From: Candidatus Nitrospinota bacterium M3_3B_026
Lineage (GTDB): Bacteria > Nitrospinota_A > UBA7883 > JBPRGF01
Direction of reading: 5' to 3'
DNA: 64,000 nt
Assembly (NCBI GenBank): GCA_051418015.1
Contig: JBPRGF010000023.1
Location: forward strand, 192,001 to 256,000
The translations under genes and the position numbers were made by a program. The notes under the pieces are model-generated. The model searched no databases. It was not told where the DNA came from and saw nothing but the letters and a program-made list of their open reading frames with translations. Below are positions 28,615 to 38,277 of this stretch, one piece after another; position 1 is the stretch's first letter; each line of letters opens with the position of its first letter.

Positions 28615-29718
28615 ATGAGCACGATCCTTATCGTGGACGACAACGAGGACAGCATTGTCCTTTACGAGTCCATCATCTCGTCGCGCGGCTACAGGGTCAT
28701 CACCGCCGGCGACGGCGAGGAAGCCCTGGAGAAGCTTAAAGCCGCCGAAGGGGGCGTGGACCTCGTCCTCTCCGACATCATGATGCCGAAAATAGACGGG
28801 CTGGGCCTTGCCAGGAGGATAAAGAGCGACCCCGACGCGCGCCACATCCCGGTGATCCTGCTCACCGCCGGGAAACGTGAGCGCGAGGACATGGCGGGCG
28901 GACTGGACGTCGGCGCGGACGACTATCTCGTAAAGCCCGTGGACACCGTGGAGCTGATGGCGAGGCTGCGCTCACACCTGAGGGTGAAAAAGCTCCAGGA
29001 CGAGCTGACGCTGGCGAACCGCCGCCTGGCGGAGATGAACGACAACCTGGAGCAGTTGGTCGAGGAGCGGACGGTCGAGATCATGCTGACCAGGAACGCG
29101 GCCATATTCGGCCTCGCCAAGATCGCCGAGCGCCGCGACCCGGAGACCGGCGGGCATCTTGAGAGGATACGCGAATACACCAGGGCGCTGGCCATCCAGA
29201 TGCGGAAGGCGCCGCGTTTCAGGGACGTGATCGACGACGACTTCATCGTCAATATCTACCAGTCCAGCCCCCTGCACGACGTGGGCAAGGTGGGCATCCC
29301 GGACAGCATATTGCTCAAGCCCGGCAAGCTGACGCCCGAGGAGTTCGAGATCATGAAAACCCATTCAACGATCGGCGGGGACTCCCTCGCGGCGGCGGAG
29401 CGCTCCTTCGCGGGTGACAGCTTTCTTTCCATGGGAAGAGACATCGCCTACTACCACCATGAACGGTGGAACGGGAAGGGATACCCGAAAGGTTTGGAGG
29501 GGGATGAAATCCCTCTCGCCGCCCGGATAATGGCCCTGGCCGACGTCTACGACGCCCTGGTCAGCAAACGGGTCTACAAGGAGGCCATGTCCCACGAAGA
29601 GGCCAGGAAAATCATCCTGGGCGAAGAGGGGGAGCATTTCGACCCGGACATCGTGGCGGCTTTCCGGGAGATAGACCAGTTGTTCCTGGAGACAAGAAGA
29701 AAACACTCGGACGAGTGA
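28615..29718 (+). CDS. Response regulator with HD-GYP cyclic-di-GMP phosphodiesterase domain
   Basis: REC domain (VDD, SDIMMP, KP), ETGGHLERI, LHDVGK, HHERWNGKGYP. Confidence 0.93.
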   Translation: MSTILIVDDNEDSIVLYESIISSRGYRVITAGDGEEALEKLKAAEGGVDLVLSDIMMPKIDGLGLARRIKSDPDARHIPVILLTAGKREREDMAGGLDVGADDYLVKPVDTVELMARLRSHLRVKKLQDELTLANRRLAEMNDNLEQLVEERTVEIMLTRNAAIFGLAKIAERRDPETGGHLERIREYTRALAIQMRKAPRFRDVIDDDFIVNIYQSSPLHDVGKVGIPDSILLKPGKLTPEEFEIMKTHSTIGGDSLAAAERSFAGDSFLSMGRDIAYYHHERWNGKGYPKGLEGDEIPLAARIMALADVYDALVSKRVYKEAMSHEEARKIILGEEGEHFDPDIVAAFREIDQLFLETRRKHSDE

Positions 29719-29771
29719 ACGGAGGGTAAAAAGAAGACCTTTGCCTAACCTGGATGCTCCGGTGTTTTGAA

Positions 29772-29865
29772 GTCCTGAGCCGCAAGGCGAAGGATCTTGC
29801 CTTTGCCGTCCCATGATGAAATCAAGGTCCTTCACGTCACGGCGAAGACTCCGCTCGTTCAGGAC
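29772..29865. repeat. REP-like palindromic intergenic element, copy 1
   Basis: Nested inverted repeats GTCCTGA/TCAGGAC and GAAGGATCTTG/CAAGGTCCTTC; related copy at 57525. Confidence 0.6.
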
Positions 29866-29913
29866 GGCGGCAACGGGCGGCAAGGCCGGTTGCGAAGGTA
29901 TCGGAAAAGGCCC

Positions 29914-30300
29914 TCAAGCCCCCTGTCCCGGCTCCGGGGTCAGGACCTCCGCCACCGCCTCCAGCATCTCCTGCTGGTTGATCGGCTTCCTGAACACCTT
30001 TGCCGCTCCCAGGATGCTGGCCATCCTGAGCATGTCGGACATGTCATCCTTCGAGCCGCCGGAAATGACGATTATTTTGACGCCGGGGAAATCCTTCCGC
30101 AGCTTCTCCAGGACCTCTATCCCGCTCCTGCCGGGCATCATGACGTCGGTGACGATAAGGTCGGGCTTGTTCTCCTTGAAAAGACGCATCCCCTCCCCGC
30201 CGTCGGCGGCCTCCACCACGTTGTGCCCCCTCGGCTCAAGAAGATAGCGCAACGTCATGCGCATCAACTCGTCGTCGTCTATTACCAGTATGTCAGCCAT
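29914..30300 (-). CDS. Single-domain (CheY-like) response regulator
   Basis: ILVIDDD, TDVMMP, ISG, KP; ATG at 30300. Confidence 0.9.
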   Translation of the reverse strand: MADILVIDDDELMRMTLRYLLEPRGHNVVEAADGGEGMRLFKENKPDLIVTDVMMPGRSGIEVLEKLRKDFPGVKIIVISGGSKDDMSDMLRMASILGAAKVFRKPINQQEMLEAVAEVLTPEPGQGA

Positions 30301-30577
30301 TACAGACCCCTGACAGATCAGGCGGACGCGCGAAAAAACCTGGCCGCCCCCACTCGTTGAAAGCCTCAGCTTCGGCCGCAAGTTTACACAGATTCTACAC
30401 CATGCCCGGTGTTTTTGACATTATAACTTATCCATACAGCTTTCGAGCAGAAAAAACAAAGACTCCTCCCGCAGAACCCCGCGAGAGGTAAAATGATTTT
30501 TTACTATCCCCGGCGCCTCCGCGCGATTGAGCGCGCTATTGATGAAATCTTTATAACCTGTTATTATTAATGGAATT

Positions 30578-31462
30578 ATGAAAAGCTTTGACCTGCGCCC
30601 GGCGAGATTCCTCCTGCTCTTCGCGGCGTTCGTTCTCGCCGCCTGCGGCGCCGAGCCCGGCGGGACGGCGCCAGACAGCGCGTCGGATGGCGCGGAAAAC
30701 AGGCGCGCTTTCGGCCGCGGCGCCCCGGATAACACCCTCGCCCGGGAGCGGGAATTAAGGGAAAACCCGGCCTGCGGCAGGGCTGGCGAAGAGTTCGTCT
30801 TGCCGATCCTGTACATAGTGGACAGGTTCAACGAGTTCGTCTCCAAAACCGGCGGGGAAAAGGGGATGGCGCTCCTGCCCGCCGGACATCCGGACTCCCC
30901 CGATGGCGTCTCCGTCCTTGTCTGCCGCGATGAGGGAGTCGCCGCCTACGCTTACGGCAGGACGGTGGTTCTCGGCGGAGGTCTTCTGGCCGTCCTGAGG
31001 GACGCGGCCCGAAGCGCCGTGGTCTACAACGGCGACGATGCGGCGATCAGGGCGAGGCTCGACCACATCGCCGCCAGGGCGAGGATGGGCGATTTCTCCG
31101 GCATTGCGTTCCCGGAGACGCGGGAGCGGACGCAAGACGACGACGGCGCGCGCGAGGCCGAGGAGCTTTTCACCTCCGCCACGGCGTTCGTGCTGTTCCA
31201 CGAGCTCGCCCACACCCAGGCCGGCCAGGAGGCGGCAAAGATGGATTACCCAGACCCTTACGCCGAGCTCAAGGCGGATATCTTCGCCGCCGAGGTCATG
31301 CGCCCGACCGGCTTCAGCATGGAGGGAGTGGACCTCGTTTTCGAGGTGCTGGAGAGGCTGGCCCCCGGCGAGTCCATAGGGCACCTGCCGCCATGGGAGA
31401 GGGCCAGGGCGGTTAAAGAGGCCGAAGGGGATTACGGCCCCCTCGCCTTCGCCCGGGAATAG
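30578..31462 (+). CDS. Lipoprotein with M48-like zinc metallopeptidase motif
   Basis: Lipobox LAAC, AYAYG, HELAH, ELKAD, HLPPWER. Confidence 0.7.
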   Translation: MKSFDLRPARFLLLFAAFVLAACGAEPGGTAPDSASDGAENRRAFGRGAPDNTLARERELRENPACGRAGEEFVLPILYIVDRFNEFVSKTGGEKGMALLPAGHPDSPDGVSVLVCRDEGVAAYAYGRTVVLGGGLLAVLRDAARSAVVYNGDDAAIRARLDHIAARARMGDFSGIAFPETRERTQDDDGAREAEELFTSATAFVLFHELAHTQAGQEAAKMDYPDPYAELKADIFAAEVMRPTGFSMEGVDLVFEVLERLAPGESIGHLPPWERARAVKEAEGDYGPLAFARE

Positions 31463-31481
31463 CCGCCGCCCCAGGCTTTCC

Positions 31482-33722
31482 CTACTTGGCGAGGTCGTAC
31501 ACCCCCTCCCAGTCATCCGTCGGCAGCTCCCGCATGAGCCGCGATATCCTCTCCAGGTAAAGCGACACAGCCTTGTCCTCGCCGCCCGCCGCGGCGTCGA
31601 GGTTTTTGAATATCTCTAAGGCGCGGGAGAGGGCGCGTCCCTGGAACGCCTTCACCGCCTCCTGGAACTCGTGGGCGAAGCGCCGCTGCTCCTCCGTCGC
31701 GGCGTCTTTCTCCTCGATGACCTCGTAAACCCTGATAGGCTCCTTCTTCCCGGCCACCCGCACCCTGTCCAATTCCCTGAGCAGGAACCTGTCGGCCACC
31801 TCGGCGCGGGTGAACTCCGATATCATTATCTTCGACCCGTAATACTTGTTCGCTCCCTCCAGGCGGGAGGCCAGGTTCACGGCGTCGCCCATCATGGTGT
31901 AGTCCATCCTGTCCTTGGACCCCATGTTGCCCACCACCATCGGGCCGGTGTTGATCCCCATCCTGACGTTTATGTCGGCCTTCGCCCCGCGCCGCCACCT
32001 TTCCCTGTCCGCGGCTATCCTTCGCTGCATCATCACCGCCGCGAGAACGCAAAGCTCGGCGTGATTCTTCACGTCGAGGGGCGCGCCCCAGAAGGCGATG
32101 ATCGCGTCGCCCTCGTACTTGTCCACTGTCCCGTCGAGCTCCAGGATTATGTCCGTCATGGCGGAGAGGTAGTCGTTCAACAGCGCCACCAGCTCGTTCG
32201 GCTGGAGTTTCTCGCTTATGCTGGTGAACCCGGCTATGTCCGAAAAAAAGGCGGTCATCTCCCTCTTCTCCCCGCCGAGTTTCAGCAGACCGGGGTCTTC
32301 TATAATCTTCGCGATCACCTTGGGGGAAAGGTAATGCCCGAACGCCTCCTGGATGAACTTCTTGGACTTGCGCTCGGCGACGAACTGGTAAACCGTGATC
32401 GTCAGGTAGCCGAGCCCGATCGTCCCGGAGGGGATAACGCTGTTGAACCAGACCAGCTTCTCCCTGAACATCCAGTAGTTGAACCACCCCAGCGCCCCGA
32501 ACAGAAGCAGGGCAAATACAAGCCCTATGTATATGTTGACCCTTGGGATGACCAGCAGCAGGACCAGCCCGATGACAACCGCCAGGGCCGCGTCGTAGGC
32601 GCTCTGGTATCCGAACTTGGTGACGGACAGGTTATTGAGCGCGGCGGCCATGGCGTTCGCCTGGACCTCGACGCCGTTCGTCTGGCCGTAGGGGGTCGTC
32701 CGCACATCCTTGATCTCCGTAGCCGTGGCCCCCACCAGCGCCAGCCGCCCGGCCAGCATCCCGCGCAGCCTCTCGTCGTCCGGCGGCGCTTCCATGAGCG
32801 TCTTGACGGAGACGCTGTTGAAAATCCCCTCCGGCCCGAGAAAGCGCAGGAGAACCATCCCGTGCTCGTCCGTGTCCACGAAATGGCTTCCCAGTCCCAC
32901 ACCGTGAAAGACGCCGTGCTTGAAATAGACGTAGGTGTCGTTCAACACCCCGCCGTAGAGCGCCACCGAAGCAAGAGCCAGCGAGGGATAGAAGTCTCCC
33001 TTGTGCTCCATGACCATGGGATATGAGCGGAAAACCCCGTCCGGGCCCGACGCGACGTTCAAAAACCCCGACGCCGCGGAGACCTTCTGTATGACCGGGA
33101 TGTTGGGCGCCACGCTGGTCATCCCGGCGTCTATCGACACCTCGCGGCTGTCCTTGGTCCTTCGAACGAGCTTGATCCTGAAGGGCCTTATCTGTTTTCG
33201 CTTCTCCTCCCGCGCTTCGGCGGTGAACTCGTCGCCCTTGTGGAACAAAAAGCCCGTGACGACGTTCCCCGCCTTCCTGAGCGACCCGGCCAGCGCGTCG
33301 TCTCTGGACACCTCCCCGCGCAAAGCCAGAAGCTCGCTGTAGAACCCAGGATGCGCCCTGTCCACCCCCTCTTCCTTCGCCGCTTCGCCGATCCTCTCCA
33401 CGACCTCCCCGGTCAGCTTGTTAGCCTCGGTCGTGAAAGTCATGTCCAGAGCCGTCACCACGGCGCCGTATCCGGCCAGCTTCTCCACTATCTCGCCGAT
33501 GAAGCTCCTGGGCCATGGCCACCTGCCGAAGGCGTCCAGAGAGCTTTCGTCCACGCCGACTATCACTATCCTGGGGTCCGGCTCGTTGGGGGCGGTCTGC
33601 TTGATAAGAAGATCGTATATCTTCAGCTCGAACTCCTCGATGAAACCCGGCGGACGAAAGGCGAGGAGAGCCAGCACGGCCAGCAGCGGAAGGTATATCC
33701 TGCCAAGGGAGATCATCGCCAA
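31482..33722 (-). CDS. CHASE2-domain adenylate/guanylate cyclase
   Basis: GRWPWPR, DGVFR, CHASE2 followed by three TMs; FFSDIAGFT, DKYEGDAI, GDAVNLASRLEGANK; start may be ATG 33716. Confidence 0.93.
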   Translation of the reverse strand: MAMISLGRIYLPLLAVLALLAFRPPGFIEEFELKIYDLLIKQTAPNEPDPRIVIVGVDESSLDAFGRWPWPRSFIGEIVEKLAGYGAVVTALDMTFTTEANKLTGEVVERIGEAAKEEGVDRAHPGFYSELLALRGEVSRDDALAGSLRKAGNVVTGFLFHKGDEFTAEAREEKRKQIRPFRIKLVRRTKDSREVSIDAGMTSVAPNIPVIQKVSAASGFLNVASGPDGVFRSYPMVMEHKGDFYPSLALASVALYGGVLNDTYVYFKHGVFHGVGLGSHFVDTDEHGMVLLRFLGPEGIFNSVSVKTLMEAPPDDERLRGMLAGRLALVGATATEIKDVRTTPYGQTNGVEVQANAMAAALNNLSVTKFGYQSAYDAALAVVIGLVLLLVIPRVNIYIGLVFALLLFGALGWFNYWMFREKLVWFNSVIPSGTIGLGYLTITVYQFVAERKSKKFIQEAFGHYLSPKVIAKIIEDPGLLKLGGEKREMTAFFSDIAGFTSISEKLQPNELVALLNDYLSAMTDIILELDGTVDKYEGDAIIAFWGAPLDVKNHAELCVLAAVMMQRRIAADRERWRRGAKADINVRMGINTGPMVVGNMGSKDRMDYTMMGDAVNLASRLEGANKYYGSKIMISEFTRAEVADRFLLRELDRVRVAGKKEPIRVYEVIEEKDAATEEQRRFAHEFQEAVKAFQGRALSRALEIFKNLDAAAGGEDKAVSLYLERISRLMRELPTDDWEGVYDLAK

Positions 33723-33727
33723 CCTCT

Positions 33728-33762
33728 AAAAAAACCGCCGCCGGGCGGCGCGCCCCGGCGGC
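33728..33762 (-). terminator. Intrinsic terminator-like hairpin after the outer-membrane barrel gene
   Basis: GCCGCCGGG / CCCGGCGGC stem followed on the minus strand by GG and T7. Confidence 0.55.
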
Positions 33763-33767
33763 CGCCG

Positions 33768-34937
33768 TCAGAAACTGTACACCAGCCCGGCGTCCACGTT
33801 AAAGACGTCGTAGGCGGCGTCCTCGGACGACGCGGCGTCCTTTTTGTCCAGAACGCGGGAATAGCGCGCCCGCAGCGTCGCGTAGACGCTGGAGCTGAAG
33901 CTCCAGGTCATCCCCGGCTCGATGTACGCCTTGCTCCGGCCGGCGTCGTAGTAATCGTCCTCCTCGTGATAGCCGTTCGCGCCCACCTCCTTGTAGCCGA
34001 GAAGGCCCGTTGCGGAAAGCCTGCCGGAGAATTTGTACGAGCCGCTGACATATGCCTCCAGGGAGTTGTTGTTGGAGTTGGCCCGCTCGCTCTCCAGGGT
34101 GTCGCCGTCGCCTATGACCTCGTTTTTCCGCTGTGTGGAATACGTGACCCCCGCCACGCTGGTGAAAGACCCGCCCCACTTGCGAATGTAGCGGGCGGTG
34201 GCGATGATGACATCCCCCTGCCGGAAAACGCCGCGCCCGCTCTGCTTGTCCTCTCCGTACCGGCTGTAGGCAAGTGAGAAAAGGGCGTAGTCCTCCCCCA
34301 CGGTCCGCGCCACCGTGTTCAGGACGAGAAGAAGCCTGTCCCCTGGGTCGAACTCGTCGCCCGCGGTCTCGGTGGCGGGGTCGTATTCCCCCGTGAACTC
34401 GTACCGCGCTCCCAGCCCCGCGGCGCCCCATTTGAACCTGTATACCGCCATCAGGTGCGGCGCGACGTTGAGCCCGGCGCCGTAGGTGTTTATCAGCATC
34501 AGGTCCTGGCTCAGGTCGTCCACCATCACTTTCTTGAGCTCGTCCTCCGAGTACGAGCTTTTCCCGGTGGGCGCGCCCACGTCCACCCCGCCGCGAAGGG
34601 TGAGCCCGCCTCTTTTGATGGAGTAGTACGTGGATATGTCCGTGTCCGCCAGCGTCGTGACATCGAACCTGTCCTCGGCGTGGGAGGCTTTGTACGAGGT
34701 GCTCACGAAAACGCCGTTTATCGCCGCGCCCCAGCTTTTCCCCTCGTAGGAGACTTGCGCGAAGCTCAAAGCCTGCGTCCCGTCGCTGTCGAGGTCGCCG
34801 GTCCTCCATGAGCCGTAATTCAGGGAAAGCGAGACAAGCCACGGCCGCTTTTCGTCTTCGCCGTGGGCGACGCCGGCCGTCCCCGCGAGAAGGGCCGCCA
34901 ACAGCGCGAAACCGGACAACCACGGGCGGCGTTTCAT
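33768..34937 (-). CDS. Putative outer-membrane beta-barrel protein
   Basis: Signal peptide, alternating Tyr/Gly-rich strands, C-terminal GLVYSF beta-signal; ATGA overlap with the FecR gene. Confidence 0.75.
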   Translation of the reverse strand: MKRRPWLSGFALLAALLAGTAGVAHGEDEKRPWLVSLSLNYGSWRTGDLDSDGTQALSFAQVSYEGKSWGAAINGVFVSTSYKASHAEDRFDVTTLADTDISTYYSIKRGGLTLRGGVDVGAPTGKSSYSEDELKKVMVDDLSQDLMLINTYGAGLNVAPHLMAVYRFKWGAAGLGARYEFTGEYDPATETAGDEFDPGDRLLLVLNTVARTVGEDYALFSLAYSRYGEDKQSGRGVFRQGDVIIATARYIRKWGGSFTSVAGVTYSTQRKNEVIGDGDTLESERANSNNNSLEAYVSGSYKFSGRLSATGLLGYKEVGANGYHEEDDYYDAGRSKAYIEPGMTWSFSSSVYATLRARYSRVLDKKDAASSEDAAYDVFNVDAGLVYSF

Positions 34938-36016
34938 CTGAGGTCGATGATAATGTCGAAGGTTGTCTTGCTGACGGGTGGGGCGGCTTCTCCCCCGCTC
35001 TTCGTCTTCTGCTCCACTATCCCCTGCTCGCCGGTATTCTGGCCCTCGACCCCCTCGTCGGTTCCCACCTTGTCAGGCGCGATTTGCTTGGGGATGGAGA
35101 CGCTCCTGGTCATGTTGTTTATGGCCATGCTCTCCGCGGCGTCCTGGGGAGGGGGCGGCGGCGGAGAAGACGGCTCAGGAGGAGCGGGAGCCCCGGCCTT
35201 TTCCTGAGCTTTCTCAGGCTCTTTGCCGGGCTTTTCCTCGGGGGGCGCCTCCGGCTCTTCTTTCTTCTCCTCCTCTGGCGCCTTCGGGGCGGGCTTTGGC
35301 TTTTCGGCCGGGGGACGCTCCTTTTTCGGCGTCGTTTTAAAGGGGATCGTCCTGTTGAGATTCCTCAGGCGCGCGGGCGAGATGGGGAACGGCTTGAGAG
35401 GCGGCGCCCCGGGCGTGACGGCGGTGCGGCGTCCGGCTGTCAGGTTCACGACGGTCGCCGCCGGGTCGAACCCGCGGACATAGACCTGGCCCTTCTCCCC
35501 GGCCCTTCCGAGCAGGTCTATCGACGTCCTTTCCTTCTTGTGCTCCACGACGAAGGGGGGGGTTCCAGCGACGCCGCATATCGCCGCCTTGGTGTGGTAT
35601 TCGAACTTGGAATCCGGCGTGGTCAGCTTCGTCACGGAGGCTTTCACCCTCCCCACCATCAGTCCGAACACGGAGGATGTGGCCCCCTTCTCGTCCCTGC
35701 TCAGCGATTTTATGACCATGTCCGTGTCACGGTCCACGCGCATCAGGTCGCCGGTGTCGAACTCTATCTCAATGATTCCGTCGGCGGCGGTCCTGATCCT
35801 GTCCCCCTCGCTGAACACCATTCCGATGGACACCTCGCTCTCCCTGGAGTCGGCCGCCGATATGACCATGACCTTCCCTTCCACGTAGACGGCTTCGGCG
35901 ATTATCGGCGTGGAAGACGCAAAAGTTGGTGACCCAACGGATAAAACCAGCGCGAAGACGAAGACGGAAAAAAAACCCGCGCCAAAGTTGCTGGGGATCG
36001 ACCCGGGGATTCTCAT
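34934..36016 (-). CDS. FecR-domain protein with Pro/Glu/Lys-rich linker
   Basis: VEGKV..., GDRIRTAADG, T.AAICGVAGT FecR pattern; ATG 36016 preferred over ORF-track start 36133. Confidence 0.75.
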   Translation of the reverse strand: MRIPGSIPSNFGAGFFSVFVFALVLSVGSPTFASSTPIIAEAVYVEGKVMVISAADSRESEVSIGMVFSEGDRIRTAADGIIEIEFDTGDLMRVDRDTDMVIKSLSRDEKGATSSVFGLMVGRVKASVTKLTTPDSKFEYHTKAAICGVAGTPPFVVEHKKERTSIDLLGRAGEKGQVYVRGFDPAATVVNLTAGRRTAVTPGAPPLKPFPISPARLRNLNRTIPFKTTPKKERPPAEKPKPAPKAPEEEKKEEPEAPPEEKPGKEPEKAQEKAGAPAPPEPSSPPPPPPQDAAESMAINNMTRSVSIPKQIAPDKVGTDEGVEGQNTGEQGIVEQKTKSGGEAAPPVSKTTFDIIIDLR

Positions 36017-36217
36017 CCGGATCAACCGGAAAAGCTTGTTGAGTGAAACATGACGCCGCTTTCGCGCCTCCGCCGATATGAAAGCTTTGGCTTTTTGAAT
36101 CAGTATTTTACAAGGGAGTCGCGATGTTGTCAACGAAAGCGCGGCTCTTTTTTCAAAGCGGCGGGCCTCCGCCTGCTTGACAATTTCCAGGCGCGAGGGG
36201 CGGTGGTATAATTGAGA

Positions 36218-36892
36218 ATGCTCAAACTCGGGAGATTTTCAGGTTTTTCGGTACTGCTGATCCTGCTCCTTTCCGGCGCGCTTCCCGACGCCGCCCGCGC
36301 CGATATCTACAAGTGGGTTGACGACGCGGGGAAAGTACATTTCACCGACGACCCATACGAAGCTGAGCGCAAAGGCGTCAAGCCCGCCGAAACCGGCGAG
36401 GTCCGCAAGCCGGAAGATGAGGCCCCGGAGCAGGCCGAGCCAGCCGCCGAGGTCGGCGGCGCCGACGAAGAGAAAAAAGAAGAAGCCCAGCGAAAAGGCT
36501 CCGTGGAGCTGGTGGGGGATATCGAGTTCAAGCCTTCCGCGGGCGGGCGGGCCATATTGAGCGCGGCGATAAAAAACGGCTCCTCCCTGCCCGTTCGCGA
36601 CATATGGCTGGACGTTTTCCTTTTCACCCGCGAGGGGGAGCGTTTCGACTATTCCGTCAAGCTCACCAGCGGAAAGACCGCTCCGGACAGGCTCGCGCCG
36701 GGCGAGACGGGGATCATGGAACAGGAGACGGATCTTGCCCCCGAGGAGATATTCGCCCACAAGTACAGGCTCTCCTGGCGGGAGTTCGACATCGTCTCTC
36801 CTCCACCGGGCGACAAAGAGCTTCCCGAGGGGGTCATCCACAAGGTCATAAAAAAGAGCCCCGAAAAAGCGTCCGAGGGCGCGCCGCAGTAA
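36218..36892 (+). CDS. DUF4124-like exported protein
   Basis: Signal peptide then ADIYKWVDDAGKVHFTDDP; ATG 36218 just after TGGTATAAT. Confidence 0.75.
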   Translation: MLKLGRFSGFSVLLILLLSGALPDAARADIYKWVDDAGKVHFTDDPYEAERKGVKPAETGEVRKPEDEAPEQAEPAAEVGGADEEKKEEAQRKGSVELVGDIEFKPSAGGRAILSAAIKNGSSLPVRDIWLDVFLFTREGERFDYSVKLTSGKTAPDRLAPGETGIMEQETDLAPEEIFAHKYRLSWREFDIVSPPPGDKELPEGVIHKVIKKSPEKASEGAPQ

Positions 36893-36894
36893 CC

Positions 36895-38262
36895 GTGGCG
36901 AAATCCTCCACAGTTTTCATCTGCCAGTCCTGCGGCTACCAGAGCGCCAAGTGGATGGGCAAATGCCCCTCCTGTGACAAATGGGACACCTTCAGCGAGG
37001 AGCTCTCAGTCCCCACGGCCCGCTCCCACGAAAAGCGAAGATGGGTCGAAACCGACGGACGAAACGATCCCGTTCCCATAACCGAAGTGAAGTCCGACGC
37101 CGCCGAGCGCGTATCCACCGGGATAGGCGAGCTGGACAGGACGCTCGGCGGAGGGGTCGTCTCCGGCTCGCTGACGCTCGTGGGGGGCGACCCGGGGATA
37201 GGCAAGTCAACCCTTCTTCTGCAGGTGGCGGGAGCGCTCGCGAAAACCGCGCCGGTCCTTTACGTCTCCGGAGAGGAGTCGCCCAGCCAGATCAGGATGA
37301 GGGGCGAGCGGCTGGGGCTCATGTCCGAGGCGCTAATGGTCCTGCCGGAGACGCAGGTGGAGATGATCGAGAGGCGAATCCTCGAGATACGCCCCGCCCT
37401 CGCCGTGGTGGACTCCATCCAGACCATATTCACATCCGAGCTGCCCTCGGCGCCGGGGACGGTGGGGCAGGTCCGCGAGTCCGCCGGGAGGCTCCTTGCG
37501 TTGTCCAAGCGGACCGGCATCCCGCTGTTCCTGATCGGACACGTCACGAAGGACGGGGCCATAGCAGGCCCGAGGCTGCTTGAGCACATGGTGGACACGG
37601 TGCTCTACTTCGAGGGGGACAAGGGCGGCCCGTACAGGATATTGCGCGGGGTGAAAAACAGGTTCGGCTCCACAAACGAGATAGGCGTTTTCGAGATGAA
37701 AGGCGACGGGCTGGCCTGCGTGGACAACCCGTCGGAGATATTCATCTCCGAGCGGCCCGGCGGCGTCTCAGGCTCGGTGGTGGTGGCCTGCGTCCACGGC
37801 GCGCGGCCGCTGCTTGTGGAGACACAGGCCCTCGTCGCCTCGTCGCATTATCCCACGCCGCGCAGGACGAGCGTCGGCGTGGACCCGAACAGGGTGGCGA
37901 TACTGCTTGCGATCGTGGAAAAACGGGCGGGCTACCACATCATGGGAGAGGACGTCTTCGTCAACGCCGCCGGAGGCGTCCGCGTCGACGAGCCGGCGAC
38001 GGACCTGGGCGTGGTGACCGCCATGGTCTCCAGCTTCCGCGACGCGCCGGTGGACTCCCGAACCGTCGTCATCGGCGAGGTGGGCCTGAGCGGGGAGATA
38101 CGCTCCGTGCCGATGATGGACCTGCGGCTGAACGAGGCGGCCAAGCTCGGGTTCCGCCGCGCCGTCATCCCGAAAGCGAGGAAGACCGCGCCGTTGCCGG
38201 ACAGCATCGAGCTTATCGAAGTGGCAGACGTCGGCGAGGCGCTGGAAGTGTTGCTGGACTAA
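36895..38262 (+). CDS. radA: DNA repair protein RadA/Sms
   Basis: CQSCG...CPSC zinc finger, GDPGIGKST, KNRFG motif, Lon-like C-terminus; GTG start at 36895. Confidence 0.97.
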   Translation: MAKSSTVFICQSCGYQSAKWMGKCPSCDKWDTFSEELSVPTARSHEKRRWVETDGRNDPVPITEVKSDAAERVSTGIGELDRTLGGGVVSGSLTLVGGDPGIGKSTLLLQVAGALAKTAPVLYVSGEESPSQIRMRGERLGLMSEALMVLPETQVEMIERRILEIRPALAVVDSIQTIFTSELPSAPGTVGQVRESAGRLLALSKRTGIPLFLIGHVTKDGAIAGPRLLEHMVDTVLYFEGDKGGPYRILRGVKNRFGSTNEIGVFEMKGDGLACVDNPSEIFISERPGGVSGSVVVACVHGARPLLVETQALVASSHYPTPRRTSVGVDPNRVAILLAIVEKRAGYHIMGEDVFVNAAGGVRVDEPATDLGVVTAMVSSFRDAPVDSRTVVIGEVGLSGEIRSVPMMDLRLNEAAKLGFRRAVIPKARKTAPLPDSIELIEVADVGEALEVLLD

Positions 38263-38277
38263 AATGGCGCGGCGGCG

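Noticed and set aside
35150..35330. Repetitive Pro/Glu/Lys-coding DNA as a possible repeat array
   Set aside because: Low-complexity protein linker with no regular repeat-spacer structure; no CRISPR array or cas genes seen in the window
36604..36894. N-terminal extension of radA
   Set aside because: Overlaps the DUF4124-like gene; RadA homology begins at GTG 36895
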